Positions 8,427-16,389 of a DNA stretch of 64,000 nt are shown here, piece after piece (the stretch's first letter is position 1; each line of letters starts with the position of its first letter). The DNA is taken from contig JBHPHS010000001.1 in NCBI GenBank assembly GCA_042571305.1, positions 2,781 through 66,780 of the forward strand, read 5' to 3'. The position numbers and the translations under genes were made by a program. The notes below the pieces were generated by a model. That model searched no databases and was not told the DNA's origin. It saw nothing but the letters and a program-made list of their open reading frames with translations. The stretch is from Patescibacteria group bacterium (GTDB taxonomy: Bacteria; Patescibacteriota; Microgenomatia; UBA8517).

Positions 8427-9032
8427 ATGAATCAGCCGGCAAACAGTCAAAAAAAGAGTGATAAAAACACAAAAAGAGCAAATGTTCTTGAGAATCTTCG
8501 TGAGCTAAATACACCTGTTTCTAAAGATTTATTAAACCGGCTAATGGGTATTCCCACGCAAGAAAAGAAATACTCTGGTGACCTTGCCCAAGGTGAGAGT
8601 TTGGAAATGAATGAGGTTTTCAAAGGCACTCTCGAAGAGAATAAAAAACTCAAAGGACAAATGATGCTTGAAAAAAGATTATCAGAGGAAGAAAGGGTTC
8701 TTTCTGAAAACAAATCAAATCAATTAAAGGTTCAGCTTCAAGCTTTAATCCAAGAAATTACCTCACTTGCCAAGGCAACAACCGATATTGCAAAGGAGAC
8801 CCAAGTTGCAATGATTCATGCACCAGCAAGTCCGGGAGTTTATCATATAACATTCTTTGAAAATGTTTTGAGTTTTCTTAAATCATTCAGAGAAAAGATT
8901 GAAGATGCCTCCATATGGCTTTCTGCTTCCAACAAAAGAGCTGAAAAGAAGAACTACTGGGCAATGTACAAGAAAAAGGGAAGCTCCTTCCTTTTGGCCC
9001 CTGATCATTACGTCTCAAGGGCGGCTGGATAA
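8427..9032 (+). CDS. Conserved CPR protein (DUF5660-like)
   Basis: PGVYHITFFE..IEDASIWL..KKNYW..KKGSSFLL C-terminal pattern, coiled coil. Confidence 0.6.
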   Translation: MNQPANSQKKSDKNTKRANVLENLRELNTPVSKDLLNRLMGIPTQEKKYSGDLAQGESLEMNEVFKGTLEENKKLKGQMMLEKRLSEEERVLSENKSNQLKVQLQALIQEITSLAKATTDIAKETQVAMIHAPASPGVYHITFFENVLSFLKSFREKIEDASIWLSASNKRAEKKNYWAMYKKKGSSFLLAPDHYVSRAAG

Positions 9033-9065
9033 TTACACCTCACATTTGATAGAATATAGTCTCAA

Positions 9066-9143
9066 GATCGCGTAGCTCAGTCTGGTTAGAGCGCATCGTT
9101 GACATCGATGAGGTCGCAGGTTCGAGCCCTGCCGCGATCACCA
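9066..9143 (+). tRNA. tRNA-Val(GAC)
   Basis: GATCGCG/CGCGATC acceptor, CATCG-TTGACAT-CGATG, encoded CCA. Confidence 0.95.
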
Positions 9144-9146
9144 CGA

Positions 9147-9220
9147 GGGCCCATGGCGCAACTGGCTAGCGCGCTTCAATGGCATTGAAGAGGTTGAGGG
9201 TTCAAATCCCTCTGGGTCCA
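9147..9220 (+). tRNA. tRNA-Ala(GGC)
   Basis: GGGCCCA/TGGGTCC with G3:U70, CTTCA-ATGGCAT-TGAAG. Confidence 0.95.
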
Positions 9221-9221
9221 C

Positions 9222-9803
9222 TCAAAGAGGTTCAGCACTTGAAGATGCAGTAGGAGTAGGAGAAACGGTTGATGTCGGGGTAGGTAAACTTGTAGGAATA
9301 GGCTCAGGACTTTTGGGTAATACCTCCATATTTTTTGCATCAGCAACTTTCAGCAGTTTCTCTGTTTTGTTGTAACTTCCCGCAGCAAGAACTCTTCTTC
9401 CTACCAAATCCATCAAATCCAATCCATAAGGAACATCTAAGGTAATTGCCTCGGCGGAGGTCGTCACAAGATAGAACTTGTTCGTTGCCTCACTGTATTG
9501 AAGCTTACCTGTATAGGCGGTATCCCTCCAAATTTCAGGAGCGGGAGTTGGTGTTTCCTTAACTTCAACAGCTTGTTCAAAGAAAGGAATCTTGAAAGGT
9601 AAAACAACCCTACCCAAACCAAAAGCAACGGTAAAGATAACAAGAGATATTGCAATTGCCGTAAGAGGTTTAACTCTAAGTCTAAACTCTACACCTTCAT
9701 TACCTATTACTTTATTCCACCATTTTTTCAAATAAGTTATGGGGTTTGTAACCTTTACATCTACCAAAGGAGGATCTTGATTATCAGCAGGAGTATCAAC
9801 CAT
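9222..9803 (-). CDS. Hypothetical single-TM protein with Pro/Thr-rich tail
   Basis: TM helix, beta-rich domain, PTPTSTVSPTPT tail. Confidence 0.7.
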   Translation of the reverse strand: MVDTPADNQDPPLVDVKVTNPITYLKKWWNKVIGNEGVEFRLRVKPLTAIAISLVIFTVAFGLGRVVLPFKIPFFEQAVEVKETPTPAPEIWRDTAYTGKLQYSEATNKFYLVTTSAEAITLDVPYGLDLMDLVGRRVLAAGSYNKTEKLLKVADAKNMEVLPKSPEPIPTSLPTPTSTVSPTPTASSSAEPL

Positions 9804-9862
9804 ACACTTTTAGTGTACAAAGATTTGATTGTATGCGCAACTTTTTAAAACTTTTAATGAAG

Positions 9863-10054
9863 TTATCCTCTAGAGTTTCTTAGGTTTTCGGCTGAGTTCT
9901 TTAAACCTTCATCAACTCCAGAATCTTCAGAAGCATTTATTACTAAATTTAGCATATCATTACTTACGTCCTCATCACCATTTTTTATGGCTTCGCGTGT
10001 AATCTTAAATCTATCTTCATCCAAATTTCCCAAATCGATCTCCTGGTTTGTCAT
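9863..10054 (-). CDS. Small acidic hypothetical protein
   Basis: 63 aa ORF in an intergenic gap, TAAAAT shortly before ATG. Confidence 0.5.
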   Translation of the reverse strand: MTNQEIDLGNLDEDRFKITREAIKNGDEDVSNDMLNLVINASEDSGVDEGLKNSAENLRNSRG

Positions 10055-10152
10055 GATTGGAGTATTTTATAATACTTATTATGTTTTCTCAAGCTTGTTT
10101 GATAATTTATAATTATCTGTTCAAAGAGCGTGTTTTTTAGTATGATTAATGC

Positions 10153-11892
10153 ATGGATAACCTAAGACACTCCTGTTCACACCTGCTTGCTGCTGCAGTT
10201 GTTAATTTGTGGCCAAAGGTACAACCCACCATAGGACCTGTTATTGAAAACGGGTTTTACTATGATTTTGATATGGGTGGGGCTAAATTGTCCGAAAAGG
10301 ATCTTCCTAAAATTGAAAAGAAAATGAAGGAACTTCTTCCTAATTGGGGAGTTTTTGAAAAGATTGAAATGACAGCTAAAGAAGCAGAAAAGATATACAA
10401 AAATAATCCCTATAAACAAGAATTAATAAAAGACCTTCAAAAGGAAAAACAAAAAATAACATTCTACGAATCAGGGAAGTTTTTGGATTTATGCAAGGGT
10501 GGTCATACAGATAGCCCCAAAAGCAAATTAAAATATTTCAAACTTTTGTCAGTTGCTGGTGCTTACTGGCGGGGGAGTGAGAAAAATAAAATGCTTACCC
10601 GAATTTATGGAACTTGTTTTCCAACCCAAAAAGAGCTTGATGAATACCTTAATATGCTTAAAGAAGCTAAAAAGAGGGATCATAGGAAGATTGGTAAAGA
10701 ATTAGATCTTTTTACATTTTCTGAGGATGTTGGTCCGGGTTTACCTTTATGGACCCCAAAAGGAACAATCATTCAGCAGGAATTAAGAGACTGGGCTGAA
10801 GAAACAGAAAAAAAGTGGGGATACGTTCGTGTTCGTACACCCCATATTGCAAAACATACTCTTTATGAAACTTCCGGACATCTGCCGTATTACATGGAGG
10901 ATATGTACCCTCCCATGAATGTTGACGGGGATGATTACTACCTTAAAGGTATGAATTGTCCACACCATCATTTGATTTACAAATCTTCACCCAAATCATA
11001 CAAGGATTTACCCTTAAGATACGCTGAGTATGGGGAGGTGTATCGCTTTGAACAATCAGGAACACTTTTTGGTTTAATGAGGGTTCGTTTTATTCAACAG
11101 AATGACGCTCATATTTACTGTTCTGAAGAGGATGCAGAGAAGGAATTTTTAGATGTGCTTAAACTTCATGAGTATTACTACAACACACTTGGTTTAACTA
11201 GAGACAATTATCACGTTGTTGTAGGTTTACCAGATGAAAAAATGAGAAATAAATACCACGGAGATAAAAAACTTTGGGTTAAGGCAGAAAAAATGATGAC
11301 ATCGGCAATAAAGAAATCAGGAATAAAGAGTGTTGATGATATTGGAGGTGCAGCATTTTATGGTCCAAAGGTGGATTTTAATGTAGTTTCCTCAGTCGGA
11401 AGAGAGTTTGGTATTTCCACAAACCAACTTGATTTATACATGCCTACACGTTTTAATCTGACCTACACAAACAAATACGGTCAAGAAAAATTGGCTGTTG
11501 TTATCCATAGAGCTCCTCTTGGTTCACACGAAAGATTTATCGGCTTTTTAATAGAACACTTTGGAGGCAATTTCCCAACATGGCTAACCCCTACCCAAGT
11601 CAAGGTCTTACCGATTACCGAAAGGAATGTTGATTATGCTAAACAAGTTGTTAAATCCTTAACAGATAATAATATTCGAGTTGAATTGGATGATCGAAAT
11701 GAAACATTGCAGGCAAAAATAAGAGATGCCCAGCTTGAAAAGGTTGCTTACATGCTTATTGTGGGAGATAAGGAAGAAAAGACAAAAGGTGTATCAGTTA
11801 GAAAAAGAAACGGAAAAGATTTAGGAGCACTCAAGCTAGATAGCTTTATTAAGGATATTAAAAAAGAGATTGAAGAAAAGAAAATTGACTGA
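10153..11892 (+). CDS. thrS: Threonine--tRNA ligase (no TGS domain)
   Basis: RHSCSHLL, DLCKGGH, RDHRKIG, MNCPHH, GSHERF. Confidence 0.97.
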   Translation: MDNLRHSCSHLLAAAVVNLWPKVQPTIGPVIENGFYYDFDMGGAKLSEKDLPKIEKKMKELLPNWGVFEKIEMTAKEAEKIYKNNPYKQELIKDLQKEKQKITFYESGKFLDLCKGGHTDSPKSKLKYFKLLSVAGAYWRGSEKNKMLTRIYGTCFPTQKELDEYLNMLKEAKKRDHRKIGKELDLFTFSEDVGPGLPLWTPKGTIIQQELRDWAEETEKKWGYVRVRTPHIAKHTLYETSGHLPYYMEDMYPPMNVDGDDYYLKGMNCPHHHLIYKSSPKSYKDLPLRYAEYGEVYRFEQSGTLFGLMRVRFIQQNDAHIYCSEEDAEKEFLDVLKLHEYYYNTLGLTRDNYHVVVGLPDEKMRNKYHGDKKLWVKAEKMMTSAIKKSGIKSVDDIGGAAFYGPKVDFNVVSSVGREFGISTNQLDLYMPTRFNLTYTNKYGQEKLAVVIHRAPLGSHERFIGFLIEHFGGNFPTWLTPTQVKVLPITERNVDYAKQVVKSLTDNNIRVELDDRNETLQAKIRDAQLEKVAYMLIVGDKEEKTKGVSVRKRNGKDLGALKLDSFIKDIKKEIEEKKID

Positions 11893-11911
11893 TATAATCT
11901 ACACTTAGAAG

Positions 11912-12481
11912 TTGAGAAGAAAACAAAAAACCTTTTGGCTAATAAACGAAGCAATCCGTGCCCCTGAGCTTAGAGTAATTACCGCGGAAGGAAAACAAAT
12001 AGGTGTGATGGGAAAGGATGAGGCCTTGCAAAAGGCAAAAGATGATGGACTGGATCTTGTTGAGATTGCAACCTCTGCCAAACCGCCTGTTGCCAAACTT
12101 GTTGAATTCGGTAAGTTTAAGTACCAGGAAGAAAAAAAGGCAAGACGGGAAGCAAAAAAGACAAAAGCTGGTGAATTAAAAGAGGTAAGATTTTCACCAT
12201 TTATTGCTGAAAATGATTACAATACCAGGTTTGAGAAGGTTAAAGAGTTTTTAGAAGAGAAAAATAAGGTCAAAGTTGTAGTAGTGTTTATGGGCAGGCA
12301 AATGAATAGCAAAAGGTTTGGATATGACCTTATAGACAGAATATTAAAAGACTTGGGAGACAAAGTTATAACCGATATGCAACCTAAGTTTTTAGGAAGA
12401 CACTTGGTAACTATAGTTTCACCAGTTTTTAAAAGCAATGCCAAAACAAAAGACAAGAAAATCGATAACAAAAAGGTTTAA
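11912..12481 (+). CDS. infC: Translation initiation factor IF-3
   Basis: [30 protein letters not shown]; TTG start. Confidence 0.95.
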   Translation: MRRKQKTFWLINEAIRAPELRVITAEGKQIGVMGKDEALQKAKDDGLDLVEIATSAKPPVAKLVEFGKFKYQEEKKARREAKKTKAGELKEVRFSPFIAENDYNTRFEKVKEFLEEKNKVKVVVVFMGRQMNSKRFGYDLIDRILKDLGDKVITDMQPKFLGRHLVTIVSPVFKSNAKTKDKKIDNKKV

Positions 12482-12653
12482 AGTTACCAAAACAGGTAAA
12501 GTGTTAAGGCGCCAAGGTTTTAGGCGTCATTTGAGTGTTAAAAAAAGCTCAAAAAAGCTAACCAATCTTAAAAGGGTAAAGGAGCTTAAAGGTTTTTATG
12601 CTAAAAAGATAAAAAAATCACTAGGTGTAAAAAAACCAAAGAAGAAAATATAA
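12438..12653 (+). CDS. rpmI: 50S ribosomal protein L35
   Basis: [21 protein letters not shown]. Confidence 0.95.
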   Translation: MPKQKTRKSITKRFKVTKTGKVLRRQGFRRHLSVKKSSKKLTNLKRVKELKGFYAKKIKKSLGVKKPKKKI

Positions 12654-12992
12654 ATGGCCAGAACAAAAACAATCGCTCAAAGAAAACACAGAAAGATATT
12701 AAAAAGGGCTAAAGGATTTAAACAATCCCGGAAACAAAGGGTAAAGGTGGCAAAAGAGGCATTACTTCATGCAGGTGCCTATGCCTACCACGGAAGAAAA
12801 TTAAGAAAAAGAGATTTAAGGTCTCTTTGGATTACAAGACTAAATGCTGCGGTTAGGGAAAGTGATCTTTCTTATTCAAAATTTATAGCTTCCCTAAAGA
12901 AAGCAAAAATCGAAATAAACAGAAAGATTCTCTCAGATATCGCACTTAAGGATCCTGATACCTTTAGTCAAATCATTAAAGAATTAAAATGA
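12654..12992 (+). CDS. rplT: 50S ribosomal protein L20
   Basis: AKGF..AY.GRKLRKRDLRSLWITRLNAA. Confidence 0.97.
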   Translation: MARTKTIAQRKHRKILKRAKGFKQSRKQRVKVAKEALLHAGAYAYHGRKLRKRDLRSLWITRLNAAVRESDLSYSKFIASLKKAKIEINRKILSDIALKDPDTFSQIIKELK

Positions 12993-13033
12993 TAACCTTT
13001 TTCTCTACCAACTTTTCATTTAAAATGATCTAA
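12989..13033 (+). CDS. pheST leader peptide (PheM-like), MITFFSTNFSFKMI
   Basis: 14 codons, 4 Phe; ATG overlaps the rplT stop (ATGA); followed by alternative hairpins. Confidence 0.7.
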   Translation: MITFFSTNFSFKMI

Positions 13034-13062
13034 GCTGGTGGGGATAGGTATTATTAAACAAT

Positions 13063-13088
13063 AACTCTCCACCGGGGGAGTTTTTTTT
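13063..13088 (+). terminator. Attenuator terminator upstream of pheS
   Basis: AACTCTCC-ACCG-GGGGAGTT stem with T8 run; competing antiterminator 13035-13044 with 13066-13075. Confidence 0.8.
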
Positions 13089-13104
13089 ATTTATATATAC
13101 ATTT

Positions 13105-14130
13105 ATGAGAGAAGAAATAATTAACATTAAAAACGAAGCAATGGCTCAGATTATGTCTGTAAGAGACATTTCTGAACTGGAAGATATCAGAGTTAGCTAC
13201 CTTGGTAGAAACGGTAAAATTGCCAGCTATTCCAAGGATATAAAAAGTCTTAATCCTTCCGAAAAAAAACATATTGGTATTTTATTAAACGAAACTAAAG
13301 ATACTATTGAAAAATTATTAAATACTCAAAAAAATAAAATAAAAGAAACAGTAAGGGTGTGGTTTGATCCTACTGTTCCCGGAATAAAACCTCCCATCGG
13401 TCACACGCATCCTGTAACCTTGGCAATTAACGAAATCTCCACCGCTTTTGAAAATATTGGATTTAGCAGAGTTAGATATCCTGAAGTTGAATGGGACTGG
13501 TTTGCTTTTGAGTCACTTAACATGCCTGCCAATCATCCGGCAAGGGATGAGTGGGAGACCTTTTTTGTAGATCAGCCACCAAATTCCAAATTAGGACAAG
13601 TGGTATTAACACCTCATACCTCAAACGGTCAGGTAAGAGAGATGCAAAGGGTTAAAACACCACCTATAAGGATGATTAATATTGCAAAATGTTTTAGACG
13701 CCAATCGGATATATCCCACGTTCCAATGTTTCATCAGTTTGAAGGACTTGTAATTGATAAAGATATTTCTATAGTTCATTTAAAAGGTACACTTGATTGG
13801 TTTGCAAAATCATTTTTTGGAGCCAAAAGAAAAACCAGATTAAGACCTTTCCATTTTCAATTTACTGAACCATCCTTTGAGGTTGATGTAAGTTGTGGGA
13901 TTTGTGATGGCAAAGGATGCAGGCTTTGTAAGGAAGGATGGCTTGAGATGGGAGGATCTGGTATGGTTCATCCCAACGTTCTAAAAAATGGTGGAATAAA
14001 TCCTTCAAAATATACCGGGTTTGCTTTCGGTTGGGGAGTAGAGAGGGTCTTTATGATGAAGGCGGGAATTAATATACCAGACATTAGAATTCTTTACAAT
14101 TCAGACTTAAGATTTTTAAGACAATTTTAA
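13105..14130 (+). CDS. pheS: Phenylalanine--tRNA ligase alpha subunit
   Basis: HPARDEWETF, FHQFEG, FQFTEPS, GFAFGWGVER. Confidence 0.97.
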   Translation: MREEIINIKNEAMAQIMSVRDISELEDIRVSYLGRNGKIASYSKDIKSLNPSEKKHIGILLNETKDTIEKLLNTQKNKIKETVRVWFDPTVPGIKPPIGHTHPVTLAINEISTAFENIGFSRVRYPEVEWDWFAFESLNMPANHPARDEWETFFVDQPPNSKLGQVVLTPHTSNGQVREMQRVKTPPIRMINIAKCFRRQSDISHVPMFHQFEGLVIDKDISIVHLKGTLDWFAKSFFGAKRKTRLRPFHFQFTEPSFEVDVSCGICDGKGCRLCKEGWLEMGGSGMVHPNVLKNGGINPSKYTGFAFGWGVERVFMMKAGINIPDIRILYNSDLRFLRQF

Positions 14131-14134
14131 ATAT

Positions 14135-16087
14135 ATGGATTTAATAATTCCTGATTCTTGGCTTAGAGAGTTTTTAAAAACAAAGGCAACTTCCAAACAA
14201 ATTGCCAAGTGTGTTTCTTTGTCCGGGCCTTCTTTTGAAAAGATATCAAAGGCAGGAGGTAGTCTTGTTTATTCGGTTGAGGTAACAACCAACAGGGTTG
14301 ACTCTGCAAGCGTTTACGGAATCGCCAGAGAAGCAAGTGCGATACTTCCTAGATATGGAATAAAAGCAACATTATCAACCATTAAACCAAAATGTAATGT
14401 TAAATTTGTCAAAAAAGTAAATTACCTGAGTGCCGTTGTTGATAATAAACTATGCTTCAGATTTACCGCGGTTTTAATTAAAAACGTAAATATCAAACCT
14501 TCCCCGAAATGGATGCAAGAAAGACTTAAAGAGGCTGGGGTTCGACCAATTAACAATGTTGTGGATATTTCTAACTATATTATGCATGAGTTGGGCCAGC
14601 CAGTTCACACTTTTGATTACGACAAAATAAAAAACCAGAAAATGATTTTAAGAGCTTCAAAAAAGGGAGAGGAAATAACCACACTTGATGGTAAAAAACA
14701 CTCCCTTTTGGGGGGTGATATTGTAATTGAGGACGGTGAGAGAAGATTGATTGATCTTGCTGGAATAATGGGAGGGGAAAATTCAGCTGTTGATGCAAAA
14801 ACCAAAAATGTTCTTCTTTTTGTTCAAACCTATAATCCCGTAAACATTAGAAAAACCTATATGCAACAATCCCAAAGAACTGATGCAGCAGTTTTATTTG
14901 AAAAGGATCTTGACACAGAACTAGTTGAGCCTACGATGAAGAAAGCAATTGACTTATTTAATGAGCTGACAAATGGTACTCACCAAAAAGAAATACTAGA
15001 TATTTACCCTAATCCCTACAAAGTTAAAAAGGTTGTAACAAATATTGATTTTATTAATAAGGTTATAGGTATAAATATTGCCAAAAAAGATATCACAAAA
15101 ATTCTTCAGGGTTTAGGATTTGAAACATTATGGAAAGGAAATAATCTTTCTGTCCTAATTCCCTCATTTAGAGCAAAGGATATTAATATACCCGAAGATA
15201 TAGTTGAAGAGATAGCCAGGATTTACGGTTATTACAACCTAACAGCTAAACTAATGCCTGGAGAAATACCTGGTTTGGTTAAAGACACCATTTTTGACTT
15301 TGAAAACAAAATTAAAAATATTCTTAAAGGATTTGGTGGAACTGAAGTATACACACCCTCTCTTGTCTCAGGAGAGCAAGTTGAGGCAAATGCACTTAAA
15401 CTAACAAACCCATTAGGTGCTGAGTCTGAATATTTAAGAAACTCATTTCTACCTTCTTTGGTTAATGCAGCTAAACAAAATTCTCAGGAAGCAAAACCAT
15501 TCTTTCTTTTTGAAGTTGCCAATATTTACATTCCAAAAAAAGAAAATCTTCCAGATGAGAAATTGATGCTTGGTGTGATATTTTCAAATACCAGCTACAG
15601 AAAGATGAAAGGCGTTGCTGAAGCATTATTGGATGAGCTTCATATAAAAGCAAAGTTTGTACCTGAAGATGCAAAGTTTTTTATACCTAGCAAGAGGGTT
15701 ACTATTGAAGCAAAAAAACAAAAGATCGGAATACTGGGGATCTTAGAAAAGAAAAACTTGGGATACTTTGAGTTTCCAATTAAGGATTTATTAAAGTTAG
15801 GTTCAGATACAGTTTCTTACAAATCCATACCTAAATATCCTCCGCAGATTGAAGATATTACACTTTCCTTTCCTGCAAAAACCAGAATTGGGGATGTATT
15901 GGAAGAAATAAACATAAACTCTGAAAATATTACAGCTAGTTTGGCAAACATCTACAAAGGTGCGTATACATTTAATGTTCGCTTCCTTCACCCCACAAAG
16001 ACACTAACTAATAAAGATGTTGAAAAGATAAGAAATAAAATGCTTCAGTCAATTAAATCAAAGTTTGGAGCCTTGCTTAAGACCTAA
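14135..16087 (+). CDS. pheT: Phenylalanine--tRNA ligase beta subunit (short, no B2 OB domain)
   Basis: TTNRVD, RPINNVVDISNY..GQPVHTFD, DIVEEIARIYGY. Confidence 0.95.
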   Translation: MDLIIPDSWLREFLKTKATSKQIAKCVSLSGPSFEKISKAGGSLVYSVEVTTNRVDSASVYGIAREASAILPRYGIKATLSTIKPKCNVKFVKKVNYLSAVVDNKLCFRFTAVLIKNVNIKPSPKWMQERLKEAGVRPINNVVDISNYIMHELGQPVHTFDYDKIKNQKMILRASKKGEEITTLDGKKHSLLGGDIVIEDGERRLIDLAGIMGGENSAVDAKTKNVLLFVQTYNPVNIRKTYMQQSQRTDAAVLFEKDLDTELVEPTMKKAIDLFNELTNGTHQKEILDIYPNPYKVKKVVTNIDFINKVIGINIAKKDITKILQGLGFETLWKGNNLSVLIPSFRAKDINIPEDIVEEIARIYGYYNLTAKLMPGEIPGLVKDTIFDFENKIKNILKGFGGTEVYTPSLVSGEQVEANALKLTNPLGAESEYLRNSFLPSLVNAAKQNSQEAKPFFLFEVANIYIPKKENLPDEKLMLGVIFSNTSYRKMKGVAEALLDELHIKAKFVPEDAKFFIPSKRVTIEAKKQKIGILGILEKKNLGYFEFPIKDLLKLGSDTVSYKSIPKYPPQIEDITLSFPAKTRIGDVLEEININSENITASLANIYKGAYTFNVRFLHPTKTLTNKDVEKIRNKMLQSIKSKFGALLKT

Positions 16088-16364
16088 TAAGTTTGAAGGA
16101 TGGTTCAACATCTCTATTTGTAGTCTTTCTGACTGCAATATCTATTGCGGCAAACAAAGACTCGTTTTCAACTTCGAAGTCATTAAAACCTTCGGTGTTA
16201 TCTAATTTATGAAAGATTCTATAGGCACGTTCAAACTTCTTATCCGCAACTGCTATCTGAGCATTAAAATAACTCTTAAGCCAACCCTTCTGTTTTTCAT
16301 CAACCTCAGCTGGTAATAAACTCTCGACAACACCCCAATTGCCAGTTGTTACGTATCTCTCCAT
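16077..16364 (-). CDS. Hypothetical protein
   Basis: 95 aa ORF with TAAAAT shortly before ATG. Confidence 0.55.
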   Translation of the reverse strand: MERYVTTGNWGVVESLLPAEVDEKQKGWLKSYFNAQIAVADKKFERAYRIFHKLDNTEGFNDFEVENESLFAAIDIAVRKTTNRDVEPSFKLIRS

Positions 16365-16389
16365 AATTAAGGTATTTTACACTATCGGG

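Noticed and set aside
10055-10152. T-box or structured leader for thrS; AT-rich palindromes AGTATT/AATACT and GATAATT/AATTATC
   Set aside because: No T-box consensus; the -10 sits just before the ATG; such palindromes are expected in very AT-rich DNA.
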